A DNA stretch of 64,000 nt. It comes from an uncultured Gemmatimonadales bacterium. GTDB taxonomy: Bacteria; Gemmatimonadota; Gemmatimonadetes; Gemmatimonadales; GWC2-71-9. This document shows, piece by piece, positions 61,405-64,000 of the stretch; the stretch's first letter is position 1; every line of letters begins with the position of its first letter. Location of the stretch: positions 2,464,001 through 2,528,000 of the forward strand of contig CAVUAK010000001.1 in the NCBI GenBank assembly GCA_963739455.1, read 5' to 3'. The translations under genes and the position numbers were made by a program. The notes beneath the pieces were generated by a model. It did not search any database. It was not told where the DNA came from and saw only the letters and a program-made list of their open reading frames with translations.

Positions 61405-61461
61405 AAGATCTCGACATCGCGCCCATTGTTCTCGTCATCACTGGGAGGCGAAGGTGAAGTT

Positions 61462-62295
61462 CTAGGCGGCGCGCCCGATGACCCGAGCCGTCCCCATCAG
61501 CACCACCAGGCCAATGATCGCGACGACGACGACCATGACGACCACGTTCGGGTCGCTGAAGGCCTGTCCCGCAACCACCAGCGCCGCAGCGATGTTGCGT
61601 TGGGCAGTCCCCAGTGCAAGCACTTGCCGCGTACCGCGCGCTGGACCGCCGAGCACCCAACCGGTGCCGAGGCCGGCGACGAGGAAGAGCAGGCCGGCAA
61701 GGATTCCGCCGGTTCCGAGCACGGCGAGGACGCTCGTGAAGTTCACCACGAGCAGCAAGATGAAGAGGAGCGCCAGGCTCAGGCTCGAGATGCGATTGAG
61801 CACGGCCCTGCCACGCTCGGCCGCAGCCGGAAACCGGGCATTCACGACCAGCGCAAGGCCCAGCGGAAGCAGCATCAGGAGGAGCAGGGAGCGGGCGATG
61901 GCCCATGAGTTGACCGAGACACCGGGCAGCATGAGCGGTAGCACCAGCGGGAGGTAGCCGATGGTGATGACCATCAGCAGCACCATCAATCCGACGGCGA
62001 ACCCGATGTCGGCCTTGGCAAGCTGGGCGAGCTTTGGCAGGAACGGGGCGCCGGCCGATGTGCCCAGCAGGAGCAGCCCGACTGCCAGCGGTTCATCCAG
62101 GTGCAGCAGGCGGCCGAGCCCCATCGCGACCAATGGAATCACCACGAAGTTCGCGAGCAGGGCGCGGGCCACGAGCGAGTAGTTTCGAAGCGGTGTGACG
62201 ATCTGGCGAACCGTGAGACCCAGGCCCATCGCCAGCATGCTGGAGATGACGAACGCCAGCATGGCAAAGGGGACCGCCTTCTTCAGCAGCTCCAT
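61462..62295 (-). CDS. Bile acid:sodium symporter (BASS) family transporter
   Basis: SMLAMGLGLT, LLANFVVIP, AGAPFLPKL, TAQRNIAAA. Confidence 0.85.
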   Translation of the reverse strand: MELLKKAVPFAMLAFVISSMLAMGLGLTVRQIVTPLRNYSLVARALLANFVVIPLVAMGLGRLLHLDEPLAVGLLLLGTSAGAPFLPKLAQLAKADIGFAVGLMVLLMVITIGYLPLVLPLMLPGVSVNSWAIARSLLLLMLLPLGLALVVNARFPAAAERGRAVLNRISSLSLALLFILLLVVNFTSVLAVLGTGGILAGLLFLVAGLGTGWVLGGPARGTRQVLALGTAQRNIAAALVVAGQAFSDPNVVVMVVVVAIIGLVVLMGTARVIGRAA

Positions 62296-62323
62296 AGTGG
62301 CGCCTCCTCGGCGCGAACGCATG

Positions 62324-63343
62324 CTACATCGCGGCGAGGTTCCGCCAGAAGTGAGTCAGGCTGTCGGTTCCCCCGAACAACGTCGTGAAGATCGTCGAGT
62401 CCGCCAGGACAACCTGGCCGCCACGCGACGTCGTCGGCGGCATCCAGAGACACGAATTGAACTCCCGCTCACCGGCATTGGTGAATGGATGCGGACGGGA
62501 AAGGTCGATCGGCTGGCGGGCCAGGACATGGATGAGCTTCTCGTCCGCTGTCGTAACCGCGTAGTGGGGCAGGTGCATGTGGAAGTTGAAGGTGGTCACG
62601 CCCTTGAGAAGGCCGTGCGTGTCGAGGTCCCGGTTGATGGACAGCGGCGTAATCTGGTCCGGGTGTCCCTCGACCGTCGCCGGGCGCAGGCCGAACTGGT
62701 TCATCACCGGGACGTCGAGGCCCTTCATGAGGGACCGGGTGTACTGGCCGAAGCGCTGCTGCCGGGGAACCAGCTCGTCACCGTGGTGCTTGTACTCCAT
62801 TTGTCGCTGCTTGAAGTCTGAGGTCAGTCCCACGTCGTGATGCGGCGCCAGGATCAGGCAGGTGCCCTCGCGCTGCAGCCATGCGCGGATGGCATCGATC
62901 TCCTCCTGCGTCGCCTCCTGTTCCGACACCAGGTGATCCAGGCCGAACACCATCAGGGTATCGGTATCGTCCAGGATCCGCTCATCGATCGGCAGCTTGA
63001 ATCCCGCCTGGTCGATGCGCTGGTAGACCGCAACCGGCTGGCCTGTCGCCTCACCCACGATCTCCTGGAAGCTGAGGATGCTCCGGTGGAACAGCTCCAG
63101 TGTTCCCGCGATCCCCTGGAGGAAATTCATCTTGTCCCACTCAGTTGCCTCGAACCCCGGCCATCCGACCCTGCGCACTTCGGTCATGGTGGAGAACCGG
63201 TTGTCCAGCTCGACCGTGTCCCGGTTGGCTTCCCAGGGATAGCTCCAGGTCCAGTAGACGCTGAAGCGACGCTGCCCCGCTCGGTGAGGCCGCGGGACGT
63301 GATCCTGGTTGTAGGTCCGGCCAGTGCGCTTTCGGCTAGCCAT
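62324..63343 (-). CDS. Uncharacterised protein coupled to a Dyp peroxidase
   Basis: 339 aa with strong coding bias; its start overlaps the Dyp stop. Confidence 0.75.
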   Translation of the reverse strand: MASRKRTGRTYNQDHVPRPHRAGQRRFSVYWTWSYPWEANRDTVELDNRFSTMTEVRRVGWPGFEATEWDKMNFLQGIAGTLELFHRSILSFQEIVGEATGQPVAVYQRIDQAGFKLPIDERILDDTDTLMVFGLDHLVSEQEATQEEIDAIRAWLQREGTCLILAPHHDVGLTSDFKQRQMEYKHHGDELVPRQQRFGQYTRSLMKGLDVPVMNQFGLRPATVEGHPDQITPLSINRDLDTHGLLKGVTTFNFHMHLPHYAVTTADEKLIHVLARQPIDLSRPHPFTNAGEREFNSCLWMPPTTSRGGQVVLADSTIFTTLFGGTDSLTHFWRNLAAM

Positions 63344-64000
63344 GTCGATCGTCCTTTCCGTCGCCTTCCAGTGCCGCCAGATATCGAAGTGCCTTGAGCC
63401 CCGGGCAGGAAGAAGTAGGCGCCGCCGCGCACCGTCGTGAACGCCGGCAGGCCGGTGATCTTCCTTCGAATGGGCCGTTTCGGGATCTTGAACTCGAGGG
63501 TCCCGTCCTGGTTGCCGATGATCGGGTCCCGTTCGTTCCCGAGCTCGTGAAAATTCTTGTCGTTGACCCACACGTTCTGCGCGAATTCGAACTGGCGTAC
63601 GAGGCTGGCACAGATCACGAATGCAGCGATGCCGCGCTCGACGCCGTCATCGGGCGAGCCCTCCGGCAGCGCTGGCCCGTAGGTGGCGCCCCGCCGAATC
63701 ATCCTGCGGCGGTTCATGTTGGCCCCCGTATCCCGGGGATTCATTCGCCGGATGTGTGAGCCGAGCGGCACGGCGTACCCGTGCGGGTCGGCCTTGGCGT
63801 AGTTGAAGTCGTTGTTGCGCTGCTGTGTCCGCGGCGAGGGCAGGATCGTCCTTGTCCGGTGCCAGCACCAGCGGCGCTCCACTGCGCCAGCGTCCCATCA
63901 GCTTCGCCGCCACCAGTTCCTGTTCCTCGGGCGTCGCACCGTTCTGGCGCAGGAACTCGCGGAAGGCACCGACGTGTTCCTCCAGGCGCCGGTAGGCCAG
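63336..64000 (-). CDS. Dyp-type peroxidase, C-terminal part (frameshifted; runs off the window end)
   Basis: AAKLMGRWRSGAPL, PLGSHIRRMNPRD, IRRGATYG, RQFEF, RGGAYFFLPG. Confidence 0.88.

Noticed and set aside
4351..64000. Frameshifts in pcrA, gatC, infB, truB, fhs, sulfatase, fdsB, hydrolase and Dyp as pseudogenes or programmed frameshifts
   Set aside because: Single-base shifts are scattered, hit essential genes, lack consistent slippery sites, and the flanking protein sequence is undecayed. Sequencing or assembly indels are the simplest explanation.

Overview
High-GC bacterial chromosomal window. Gene content and order suggest Gemmatimonadota, but this is an inference. About 1-32.5 kb is mostly core genes: manC, serS, a sensor kinase, uvrD/pcrA, gatCAB, murA, pgeF, rimP-nusA-L7Ae-infB-DUF503-rbfA-truB-ribF-secDF-tatD-fhs-ridA. 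Then come an ECF sigma/Ser-Thr kinase pair, small accessory genes including an AAC(6')-like acetyltransferase, an arylsulfatase, tRNA-Sec, and a mobB-fdsGBAD NAD-dependent formate dehydrogenase cluster. From about 48.3 to 60.2 kb the region is accessory. Its clearest structure is an integrase-less integron cassette array on the minus strand, with five intact related attC sites, further eroded half-sites, a HigBA-like module whose toxin is deleted just after its promoter, and an unannotated HTH/zinc-motif/membrane gene. The window ends in a Dyp peroxidase-hypothetical-BASS transporter operon. Other notable structure: intergenic heptamer-repeat arrays of several sequence families, a roughly 100-bp palindromic element in three copies, a decayed duplicate of the rimP promoter/leader/N-terminus in front of an unrelated gene, and an 18-bp palindrome shared by two distant promoters. 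Single-base frameshifts in many genes, including essential ones, most likely reflect sequencing or assembly indels. All family assignments are from motif recognition only; no database searches were run.
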